This document shows, one piece after another, positions 26,828-37,964 of a stretch of DNA of 64,000 nucleotides. A model generated the notes under the pieces. The model ran no database searches. It saw nothing but the letters and a program-made list of their open reading frames with translations, and was not told the DNA's origin. The stretch's first letter is position 1. Each line of letters starts with the position of its first letter. The translations under genes and the position numbers were made by a program. Origin of the DNA: Leucoraja erinacea (lineage: Eukaryota); the NCBI RefSeq assembly GCF_028641065.1, contig NC_073378.1, positions 85,498,001-85,562,000 of the forward strand, read 5' to 3'.

Positions 26828-27553
26828 CATAATTATAATCATAATCGTACTTTATTAGCCACGTATGTTTAGCAAATATGAGGAAATTGATTTGCCATAC
26901 AGTCGTACCAATAAAAAGCAACAAGACACACAAAATACATTTTAACATAAACATCCACCACAGTGATTCCTCCACATTCCTCAAAAAATCCTCAAAAAAG
27001 TTCAATCTCTTCCCGTTGTTCTCCCTCGGTCGGGAGCCTTGAGCCTTCCATTGATGGGACGATCTTGGCTCCCGTAGCCGGTGGTCAGGCCCTCCGCCTC
27101 AGGGCGATCAAGCTCCCGCATCGGGGGGGGGGGGGGGGGGATCTCAGCTCCCCCACGCCGGGTGATCGTACCCCAGGTGGGGGCTAGTCGAACCTTCTGC
27201 GACTTAGGAGCTTCCCGACATCAGTCTCTACCCGAGACTGCGAGCTCCTCGATGGTGAAATCCGCAGGCCGCAGTTAGAGCACCGATCCCAGGCAAGAGA
27301 TCGCAGACTCCGATGGTAAGTCCACGGTCCTGCGATGGGGCTCAAAGTCAGTCTCGAGCAAAGCCGCCAGCTCCATGTTGTTAGACCGGAGATACGATCC
27401 AGAAAACAATCGCATCTCCGGCAAGGTAAGAGTCTGAAAAAAATTCCCCCGACCACTTCCCCACCCCCCACATAAAACAAACCAGAGAACATTAACACAA
27501 ACTTTTAAAACACACTAAAAATAACAAAAAGACAGACAAATCGTTGATGAGGC
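26828..27553 (-). mobile_element. related GC-rich retroposon (minus) with tandem-repeat tail
   Basis: Tail ataatcataatc + tttatt on the + strand. Its 5' T/G-rich region resembles 9910-10080. Confidence 0.5.
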
Positions 27554-29074
27554 TTAACAGCATTTAACAGCATTTGTGAGCTTACCACATTTGGTTCAAT
27601 AGAATCCGACCCATGTAATGTTCAAAATGCCAATGAAAATCCCCAAAGACTATTGATATTAACAGGGAATAGGACAAACCTTCTCTGTTCATTAGATGAT
27701 ATTGTTATCTCACATTATTTATTGTCATAAACAAGCCGTGTATAATCTATCATAAGCTATCATTATTTGAAAATATTTGTATATGTATTCTTTCATGTGA
27801 AATACAAGTTGATAACTAATTGCATGCAACGCACGATTAGTTGTCCCAACAAATCTCTTTGGATATCTCTATATGTTCCATTTACTGATCTTACTGCGAA
27901 ACCCAGCTACAGACTGTACTTTTTTTGGTGCTGTTTGTTCTGTTCTGCAATTAAAATTCCTTGTTTTGCGATAAATCAGTAGTTTCTTGCAATACATTTT
28001 CATCCTAAAACAAAGCAATAAACTCGGGAGCAGCTGTTCCAGAATGGCAATAAGAAGTATATCACCATTGCAGTAGTATTTTTTAAATTTGCTTTTCTGA
28101 ATGAAGACATTTCTGGCAAGGTCAACCTTATTTTGCTTATTCCTAATTGCCCTTGAAAAAATTGTGAACAATCGTCCTCTTAAAATAGATGCAGCCCTTC
28201 CAACTGTAATAGAAAATTCAGACCTGTTCAACCCTGACTTTCTGGTTGTGATTTTTACTCCAAGGTGGCAATAATGCACAAGCCCTGTTGCAAGTGGTGC
28301 ACATAAAGGGACAGCAAGGCCCAGGATAAAACCTCTATGCATTGCATTCTGCATTTGGACATTTGGTTGTATTATTTGGGTGGGTGAGAATTGAAAGGTT
28401 TCCAGTGACGTTTGCAGCCAGGACCAGATGAACTCTTCCCTGTCAGAAAGCATTTGGGAGAAGAGTTCCATTCATTTGGATAATTCTGTTCTGGTCGCCT
28501 CATTACAAGAGGCTTTGGAGATGGTGCAGAAGAGGTTTAACAGAATGGAATAACTACACGGAGAGTTTGGATAAACTCAGATTGTTTTCTCCGGAATGTC
28601 TTGCTTTGAGGGTAGAAGTATATAAACTTATATAGAAGTATATAAACTTATGTGAGGTATAGATAGGATAGACACTCAGAACCTTTTTTCCCTCAGGGCG
28701 GTAATGTCCATTACTAGAGGGCATGGCTATAAGGTGAGAGAGGGAATGTTTAATAGAAATGTGTGAGGCAAATATTTTACACATAGGGGGTCTGGATGCA
28801 CTGCCTGGGGTTGGGGCAAATACAATAGTGGCATTTAATAGGCTTTTAGGCACATGGAAATGCTGGGAATAAAGGGATATGGAGCATGTGCAGGCAGATA
28901 AAGTCAATTTAACCAGGCATCATGTTTGGCACGAACATTGTTCCTATGCCGTACTATACTATGTTCATGCATGAGCATGGTGCTGGGGACATCCAAGTGA
29001 GGCAAGAAAATGATCAATGACCCTCTCCCAGAAGGCAAGAGGAAGTACACCTTCTTATATTCATGAGAACCTAA

Positions 29075-29992
29075 ACATAGAATCATAGAAAAATAGGTGC
29101 AGGAGTAGTCCATTCGAGCCAGCACTGCTATTCGACATGATCGTGGCTGATCATCTAAAATTAGTACCCCGTTCCTGCTTTTTCCCCGTATACCTTGATT
29201 CCTTTTGCCCCAAGAGCTGAATCTAAATCTCTCTTGAAAACATCCAGTAAATTGGCCCCACTGCCTTCTGTGGCAGAGAATTCCACAGATTCACAACTTT
29301 CTGGGTGATAAAGTTTTTCCTCATCTCAATCCTAAATGGCCTACTCCTTATTCTTAAACTGTGACCCTTGGTTCTGGTCTCGCCCAACATCGGGAACATT
29401 TTTCCTGCATCTAGCCTGTCCAATCCTTTGTGAATTGTATATGTTTCTATAAGATCCCCTCTTATCCTTCTAAATTCCAGTGAATACAGGGTCAGTCGAC
29501 CCATTCTTTCATTCATATGTCAGTGCTGCTATCCTGGGAATTAACCTGGTGAACCTATGCTGCACTCTCTCAATAGCAAGAATGTACCTCAAATTAGGAG
29601 GCCAAAATTGCACACAATACTCCAGCTGCGGTCTCTCCAGGGCTCTGTACAACTCCAGTAGGACATCCTTGCTCCTAAACTCAAACCCTCTTGCAATGAA
29701 GGCCAACATGCCATTTGCTTTCTTCACTGCCTGCTCTATCTGCATGCTTACTTTCAGTGACTGCTGTACAAGCACACCCAGGTCTCATTACACCTCCCCT
29801 TTTCCTAATCTGACACCATTCAGATAATCTGCCTTCTTGTTCTTGCTACCAAAGTGGATAACCTCACATGTACCCACATTATACTGCATCTCCCCATTCA
29901 CCCAACCTATCCGTCACCCTGTCGCCTTATAGCATCCTCCTCGCAGCGTACACTGCCACCCAGTTTTGTGTCATCCACAAACTTGGAGATGC
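29075..29992 (-). mobile_element. CR1/HER1-like LINE 3' portion
   Basis: ORFs 29223-29516 and 29509-29775, plus an atagaatcatagaa tail. Confidence 0.9.
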
Positions 29993-30109
29993 AAAGGGGT
30001 TTTTCTTTTTAAAAAACTAACTTTGAGTTCTCCAGGTTCATGACATGCTGCAATTTTTCTATCTTAAGCAGGCTTTATTTATTTCCAGTAAGAGCAGTGC
30101 AGTTTTCCT

Positions 30110-30710
30110 AAAGCACCACCAGAGAGATTGAGCAACTGTCCATATGGTGCCAGCACAATAACCTGGCCCTCAACACCAGCAAAACCAAGGAACTGATTGT
30201 GGACTTTGGAAGGAGTAGGATAGGGACCCACAGTCCCGTTTATATCAACGGGTCAATGGGTTTGGTTTGGCAATTTGAGCGCCCTGGAGAGGAAGAGACT
30301 ACAAAAAGTAGAAAAACACTGCCCAGTCCATCATCGGCTCTGACCTTCCTTCTATCGAGGGGATTTATCGAAGTCGCTGCCTCAAAAAGGCTGGCAGTAT
30401 CATCAAGGACCCACACCATCCTGGCCACACACTCATCTCCCTGCTATCTTCAGGTAGAAGGTACAGGAGCCTGAAGACTGCAACGACCAGGTTCAGGAAT
30501 AGCTACTTCCCTACAGCCATCAGGCTATTAAACCTGGCTCGGCCAAAACTCTGAACATTAATAACCCATTATCTGTCATTTTGCACTTTATCAGTTTATT
30601 TATTCATGTATTTTATAGTCAATGCCTATTATGTTCTATGTGCTGAAGCAAAGCAAGAGTTTCATTGTCCTATACAGGGACACATGACAATAAACTTGAA
30701 CTTGAACTTG
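30110..30710 (+). mobile_element. Rex/Babar-like LINE 3' portion with internal deletion
   Basis: WCQHNNLALNTSKTKELIVDF; DPHHPGH.L; (cttgaa)n tail. Confidence 0.8.
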
Positions 30711-31967
30711 TTACTATGCAGTAGAAGGAAAATGGTTGCTCAGAGAAGGGGTTTTGATTTCAACCATTAGTCTCACCTTTTCTTGTCCAATGAGGTCTAA
30801 AATCAAGGCTGTTAACTTGTTGCATTTGAATTTGGTCACCAAAAGGGATGACCTTTGCTGGTTGGTAGGGGGCCTTAATAGATCCACTCTGGTTGGATCA
30901 GTTACTGATTTTTTTATTTATTTGGGAGGTTGTGATAAAAATGTGATTAAAGTTAAAATCTCATAGAAGGAAAGCCAGTACTAAACATCATCTCAGTCAA
31001 TAAACATAATACATTTTATAATTGTACAGTCTGTTCCAGGCTTGGCCAACAAGTCAAAATAGGTGATCCTTACATACAGTGATCCAGAACCAAAACTTAC
31101 TTCCAAATGGTGAGAAATGGGAATATAGAAAAAGTTACTAAAAATGGGAAACATACTGTACCTACAGATATTAATGAGGGAAAAGACTGCAGGCAATTAT
31201 ATAATATATGATGCACCTTGCACTTTAAATTGGAAGTGGTCAAAGGTTTGTGTACAGTTAGATTATCTTAAATAAACAATAATACTTTGCTTGGTATTTG
31301 GAGATTTACCCCCTTAGTTTCATAAACCTGAATTTCTGGTTGCAGGTTTTAATGATTTGGGGGAAATAGTGAGAAAATGAAAATGAAAGATTGACGGCAA
31401 AATATAATAGCAGTGTATTTCTTCACATATCTGTGTGTGCCATGTGTGTGTATATATAGCAAGCTTCCTCCTGTTGACATAACTTGGGGGCAGAGATCAC
31501 TGGGAGAGGCAAGTAAAGCAATAACAAACCTTCACAAGCTGCAAGCAGTTGTGGCTCCATAACTGTATTCAGATTCACAAATACTGCCCAGTACTCGCTC
31601 TCTCTGAAAGCTACAGAGACTACATTTGTGATGAGTACTTCACATTGTAATTAAAAATAGGATTTGGGAAATTCTGTTAATGGTTAATTAAAACAAAACG
31701 AGGCTTAATGTATTTCAGCAAATAATTGAGCAGTCACCGTTTACTCATAATTTAATAAATGGGTGTTTGTACAATCAACTTTAATCCTTATGAATAGAGT
31801 AAACTTGGATTTCATCTCAGTAACTGTGATTTAGTACAAATTTATGAGCTTTTTGCTGACACAATAGAATGTATTGTGGAAGGAAGAGAACAGCCAAAAT
31901 GCAAACTTTATATTGATCAGTGAGGTGTATTTTAGTTTGTATGCTACTTTTTTCTTAATTTTCCCAG

Positions 31968-32014
31968 CACCCATCTATCTGATTTTTTTTTCTCCTTACT
32001 GATTTATGGGAAAG
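31968..32014 (+). other. candidate 47-nt alternative exon ending ATG GGA AAG
   Basis: Acceptor tttttcttaattttcccag and consensus donor AAG|gtgagt. The donor is in phase 0 with exon 51724. Confidence 0.4.
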
Positions 32015-32405
32015 GTGAGTTAATTCAATGTTAAAACATAACTATTTGTACAACAGTATCAGTACACTTTCTTAAATTAGTAAAAATCGTTGGGTTAGAG
32101 AGTATAAAATAATTTAAAGAATGAAATTGATTCAAAGCTTTCATTAGTAAATTCAGGTTATAATAATGCATCCAATATTTAACGTAAAACAAAATCCAAA
32201 CATTGGTTTGAGTTATTGAAGCAGTTTTTAGTATCCATGATACAACCTTCAAAACTTTTCAGGCCTGAGACAGAATTGTGGTTTGAAGATGCAGTGGGGA
32301 TCTGTACAGCCCATGCTCAGTGAGAAGCGACTTGAAGTACAAATAAATTATAGATCTTCAGTCTCTGGGCCATATTCAGGTTGAACAGATGCCATTTGTA
32401 CAACA

Positions 32406-33268
32406 TCTATTTAATTAAGTGTCTAAACTCGACCACTTACTGTTTGCACTGTATATTGATTTTAGAAAAAACGCGACCACTTACGGCAGTGATTTTTGGC
32501 CACCTTACTCAGAGTCTCCCTCCAGCTGTCAGGGTCAGAGGATTTTCCCCATTGATGAAAAATAAAAGACTTATTAATGATTAAAAAATGTTGAGATTCT
32601 CTCTCTTGTCAATCACGCCATGAAGACCATACCCCTTCCAGTGGGAGGGGGAGGAGCTATAAAACCCGGAAAAGTGGGCGTGGCTCAGTCTCTGCAAGAT
32701 GGGGGAGGGAGAGGGTCACAACTTGGTCTGAGCTGGAAATCTACAGAACACTGAGAATACTGACCTGTGAGTGCCCTTTATGTGTTTTTAAACTGTGCCT
32801 TTTGCAACTGTGCGGGTATTGAAATGTGTGCTTTTTGCAACCGTGTGCCTTTTGCAACCAAGTGCTTTTTGCAACCATGTGGCTTTTGCAACTGTAAAAA
32901 AAAGATGAAAATGTCTAAAATTGATTGTCCACCCTCTCCCCCTTCTCTCTCACCATCTCTCACCTGTTTTCGGCAGAATTTCTGGCAGTTTCTGAGCTGC
33001 CAGCCTGCCAGACTTGAGCTACTGAGCTGCCAGGCCTGAGTGACTGAGCTGCCAGCCCAAGAATCCATTCGGCCCACAATGTCCATACTAGCCCTCCGGA
33101 AACCAGTCCTGTTGGCCCACAACACCCATACTAGCACTCCAGAAAGCCCCCCTTCACACACGCCCACACTGGCCAGCAATCTTGGAATTGGTGGAGAGGT
33201 GGAATATTGTGTTGGGGGACCAGCCTTCCCGTTTGAAGCTGGGACCCAACGAGTCCCACTTAGTCTAG
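32406..33268 (+). mobile_element. non-autonomous Helitron, complete termini
   Basis: A|TC 5' end (tctatttaatt). Subterminal hairpin gggac-ccaacga-gtccc at 33241-33257. CTAG|T 3' end with no TSD. Confidence 0.85.
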
Positions 33269-33358
33269 TATTTGATATTCATTAAGGTGATGCTTGGGAT
33301 GGGACAAACTGTTGCTTTTACTGCCACAGGAGTTTACGGCCCAATAGTTAATATTGGT

Positions 33359-33538
33359 AGACACAAAATGCTGGAGCAACTGAGCGGGTCAGGCAGCATC
33401 TCTGGAGAGAAGGAATAGGTGATGTTTAGGTTCAAGACCCTTCTTCAGACTGATGTCAGAGGAGGGGGCGGGACAAAGAGAGAATGTAGCTGGAGATAGT
33501 AAGACTAGTGGGAGAACTGGGATGGGGGAGGGATAGAG
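33359..33538 (-). mobile_element. short PLE-derived hammerhead-bearing element
   Basis: 15-bp TSD atagttaatattggt at 33344-33358 and 33539-33553. Reverse complement contains ctgaagaagggtc. Confidence 0.85.
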
Positions 33539-34716
33539 ATAGTTAATATTGGTTGTTTATGTAATCCCTAAACTGGAGATGGCAATATTGAGCAAATAAT
33601 GGATGAAAGGTGAACCAGATTAAGTGATAGAAAGAAGGGCGTTTCTAATTTCACCATGACCGGTAAACACTAAAATAATGGTTATCAGTAAATTGGAACC
33701 TAAGGTCAAGTTGGATGATTGGGAAGATTGGGAACAAGTAAAAGCAGGGCACCCAGCATTTCTGGAGAGAATACCATTACAAATGTGATGTTGTTCATAA
33801 ACAGCAAATTATCATCCTTATCATAGCTTTAATGTCAATGAATGAGATCTGAGCGAACAGATTTTGCCATTCAGGCTGAGGTGGGCAGTGATAGGACATG
33901 TTAATGCAGAATAGAATGCCATCCTGGCAGTCTGTCATGGAAGATCTGAAGAATATAGGAGGCCAGAAGGAAGGATCTAGATTGAAGATTAATTGGAATA
34001 TAAATAAAGGATCTGTTTTATGTGGTCAAGGTGCAGGGAGAATGATATGGTAAGACGGCCCTTGGTCAAAGAAGGAATTACACAGGGAAATGTGACAAAA
34101 TAATTAAATTCACGCAGAATTGTAAATTCATTTAGGTTTGAGTGGACGAAGGCTATTATTGAGACTTGGTGGAAGGAAGTATCACATAAGAAGATATGAT
34201 AATATGAAAAGGAAAGATTTTAAATTTGGTAAATTAAGATATTTAAAGGGGATGGGGAATGCTCAAAAATTTCAGATGTAACCGGATTATTTTAATTCAC
34301 ATCTCCCAGTAAAGAGATTGTCAACTAATACTTGACGGATATTTAACAGATAAAATAGAGAAACACACCTAAATTTCCGATGTAACATCTGATTATTTTA
34401 ATCTACGTCACCCAGTAATTGAGACTGTAAACAAATATTTGTCAGATACACTACTCACCATAGGGTGTAGAGCAGCTATTCTTGACTCATGGTACCAATA
34501 GCGGGTTACGCTAAAGTTCCCAAGTATGTTTTTCCAGGTATATACCTACAGCTAACAATAATTGGGTGGAGCTCATTGACATTTTCAACACTGATATTGA
34601 AATTGATGTATAAATTAGATTGTCCATTATTTAATGGATAGCAAGCAAAGATTTCCATTGTATTTTAGTATATGTGACAATAATAAACCAAAATCTAATC
34701 ACCTTTTAGGCAGACT

Positions 34717-35343
34717 ACTTTCCCTTGCAACCACGGGAAATGCTACACTTGTCGCTTTACCTCCCCCATTGACTCCATCCAAGGACCCAAGCAGTCCTTC
34801 CAGGTGCGGCATTCCATTCACCTTCACCTCCTCCAACCTCATCTATTGCATCCGCTGCTCTAGGTATCAACTGCTCCTCATCGGTGAGACCAAGCGTAGG
34901 CTTGGTGATCACTTCGCCCAACACCTTCACTCGGTTCGCAATAACCAAACTGATCTCCCGATGGCTCAGCACTTCAACTCCCCCTCCCATTCCGTATCTG
35001 ACCTTTCTGTCCTGTACCGCCTCCATGGCCAGAGTGAGGCCCACCGTAAATTGGAGGAGCTGCACCTCATATTTCGCTTGGGTAGTTTACACCCCAGTGG
35101 TATGAACATTGACCTCCAATTTCAGGTAGTCCCTGCTTTCTCCTTCTTTCCCCTCCCCTTCCCAGCTCTCCCACAGCCCACTGTCTCCGCCCTCCTCCTT
35201 TTCTTCTTCCCCCCCCCCCCCCCCCCCCCCCCCACCCCCACATCAGTCTGAAGAAGGGTCTCGACCCAAACCGTCACCTATTTCCTTCGCTCATTAGATG
35301 TTGCCTCACCCACTGAGTTTCTCCAGCTTTTTGTCTATCATTA
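34717..35343 (+). mobile_element. Penelope-like element 3' fragment (GIY-YIG endonuclease + hammerhead remnant)
   Basis: SSNLIYCIRCSRYQLLLIGETKRRLGDHFAQH. TSD aggcagact at 34708-34716 and 35344-35352. Motif ctgaagaagggtctcgaccc at 35248. Confidence 0.9.
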
Positions 35344-36003
35344 AGGCAGACTCGGCTACTTCCTTTCCTTCCCAATTGTTTGTGCTTGTAGATACAGCAA
35401 TGTATTTTGAGGTGGAACACAGTTGTTTTCCAAAGTTATTTACAAAACAGTATGGGTTGGTATGTCACACCCACATGAGAAATGAAACACTGTGGTATCA
35501 GAATAATTTGATCAAAATCCCTGTGATTTGTCTCTCTGGGGTATGGCTGGTCAATTTTTTTATTTTTTATTATAGAGTATTTATTATGGTCGGTACTGAG
35601 TAATATGAAAGAGATCTACTTAAGAATACATTGCATTTCCTTATGTCATCTTCCAAATGAATTATAACCACCCTCAGTCTAGATTCAATACAAATTTATC
35701 AAATTGGATTGTTCACATTCAGCATTACTTATTTTGTCAGTGCACCTGGAAATAAGATATTTCTGTTCTACATTTTATTTATTTCCAATTTGATTTTGAG
35801 TGGTTCTAAATACTCCTCAAAATCCTATCCCCTGCCTGTTTAATCGTCAAAAATTCCTGATGTTTAGATAGTTACCAACTTGCTTTTAAGCCAAATTAAA
35901 AAGCTGTATCAATCTTAACATCATCTTCAAATCACAAGGCCAACATTTGAGCAATAGTCTCTATACTATCTTACTTGTGCAGAATTTCCACTACTGCTAT
36001 TAT

Positions 36004-37058
36004 TAGGTATGTTACAAATACTTACCTTCAGCGGCGCTGCAATTCTGCCACTGGCCGTGTGTGCGATTTTGTCACGTTTGAGGGGGGGTGGGGGCGGGGT
36101 TAAAACGCGTTTTCTTTCTTATCTTGTCCTGGATTATATTTGGTTGGAGTGCAAGATTTTGTTGAAGAATAGTTCCGACGGGCGTTCTGTCTATTTTTTT
36201 TTTTTTTAAATCGCCCGACTCGTTCAGCACTGGAGTCATTTTAAAATCAGCTTCTGAAGCCGTCAACGCCGACAACGGGGACGGATTTCATGTAGGTGAC
36301 AGGTAAAAGAAAGCTGTTTATTTTTATGTATAAAAATGGTCCTTAAGATACCTTTAGTTCACATTTTAAGTTGCAAAACGGTGATTTAGTCCCCATACCG
36401 ACCGGCAGTGTTTTTCATGCCGATGTGGGGGTCTAAATCACTGCAAACCGCAACGTTCCAAATGGTCGCGTTCCAGAAAAACCCACTGGCAAGTTGATTT
36501 AAATGGCCATTAATTTACAGGTATTAAACATTAAATTCCTTCCATTTGGCCTATAAATCCATGACAATTAAATTTAAAAATTATGTTATATTGTGAATTC
36601 TTGTGTTAATGTTATTTGGACACTTAGGCTATATAAAAATGTTAATCTATTCTTAAGAAATTGATAGATGTTTAGATCTATAATTGAATTTTGTAATTAG
36701 CTACAATTAGGTAACTAACTAATTATATGCTTTAATTTCAAGTCATCTAAGTAAGATTGTTTCATATTTGTTTCAGAATGCTTCAATCTATAATAACTTA
36801 AAATTTCTTTCAGTTTTCTTAATTTTTAAGAAAGTTATGGCCATTTGACTGTCCTCGATCACAGCTTTTGTGTTAAGTCAATGGAAAAGCAATAGGGAAC
36901 AAGATGTTAATTTCCGAGTATGAAAATGGCCATAACTTTTTTAATACTGAAGATATGAAAGTGAATCAGGTGACAAATTACACTTCTTTTTATGCTTTAT
37001 CTGATGGGATAAATTACAGACTTCATTTTTAAAATCTCAAAATTTTGTAACATTGCTA
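36004..37058. mobile_element. second copy of the TAG...CTA DNA transposon, opposite orientation
   Basis: Termini taggtatgttacaaa and ttttgtaacattgcta. TSD ctattat at 35997-36003 and 37059-37065. About 520 bp are shared with 9313-9835. Confidence 0.85.
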
Positions 37059-37314
37059 CTATTATCTAGCTATACGTGCAAGATATTTTGCTACAACAAA
37101 TAAAACGCTTGCAGGTTTTCTTCAGTTTCCAGTTACAAATTTGATAACAAGACATTTATTTTTATTGAATAGCCTTAAATAGTGAGATGTGCTTACAAGA
37201 AAAAATTATACTGAAGAAAACCTGCAAGCGTTTTATTTGGTTAGGAACCTGACAGTAAATTAAGGCTACACTTTAAGGGCTGAATGTTTCAAGTGACAAG
37301 AGTTCCTTAACCTA

Positions 37315-37668
37315 TAGTTTAATTTAGAGATAGAGCATGGAAATGGAGCCATCAAGTTCACACCGATCATCGATCACCCGTTCACATTAGTTCTATGCTA
37401 TCCCACTTTTCCATCAACTCCTTACGCACTCGGGAAATTTACAGCAGGCAATTAACCTACAAACTGCACATTTTTGGGATGTGGGAGGAAACCACAGTTT
37501 GGCATTAGAATACCTGGAATATAAATACCCAGAATAAGAGCACCCAGAGAAAACGCAGGCAGTCACAGGGACAATGCGCAAACTCCACACAGACAGCAGC
37601 CAAGGTCAGGAGCAAACCCCGGTCTCTGACATTGTGACACAGCGGCTCGACCAGCTGTGCTACTGCTA
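37315..37668 (-). mobile_element. HE1-like SINE
   Basis: Same core and head as 7466-7772. Confidence 0.75.
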
Positions 37669-37760
37669 TTAATTAGCAACAGTTTTTTAAAATAATAAAT
37701 CTAGTATTCTAAGCAATTATTGACCAATGTTTGATCGAATCTGTATGCTCGAAAATCTTG

Positions 37761-37940
37761 TATAGGAAGGAACTGCAGATGCTGGTTTACACTGAAGATG
37801 CACAAAATGCTGGAGTAACTCAGTGGGACAAACAGCATCTCTGGAGAAGGGGCTCGACCTGAAACGTCCCCCATTCCTTCTATCCAGAGATGCTGCCTGT
37901 CCCTCGGAGTTACTCCAGCATTTTGTGTGTATCTTTACTG
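37761..37940. mobile_element. 180-bp fold-back PLE-derived element
   Basis: TSD gaaaatcttg at 37751-37760 and 37941-37950. 45-bp inverted arms at 37801-37845 and 37883-37927 surround a hammerhead stem II/GAAAC remnant. Confidence 0.85.
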
Positions 37941-37964
37941 GAAAATCTTGCCTGCTCTCAATTT

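Noticed and set aside
27869-28471. 200-aa minus-strand ORF
   Set aside because: No recognisable domain or splice context; probably chance or decayed repeat sequence.
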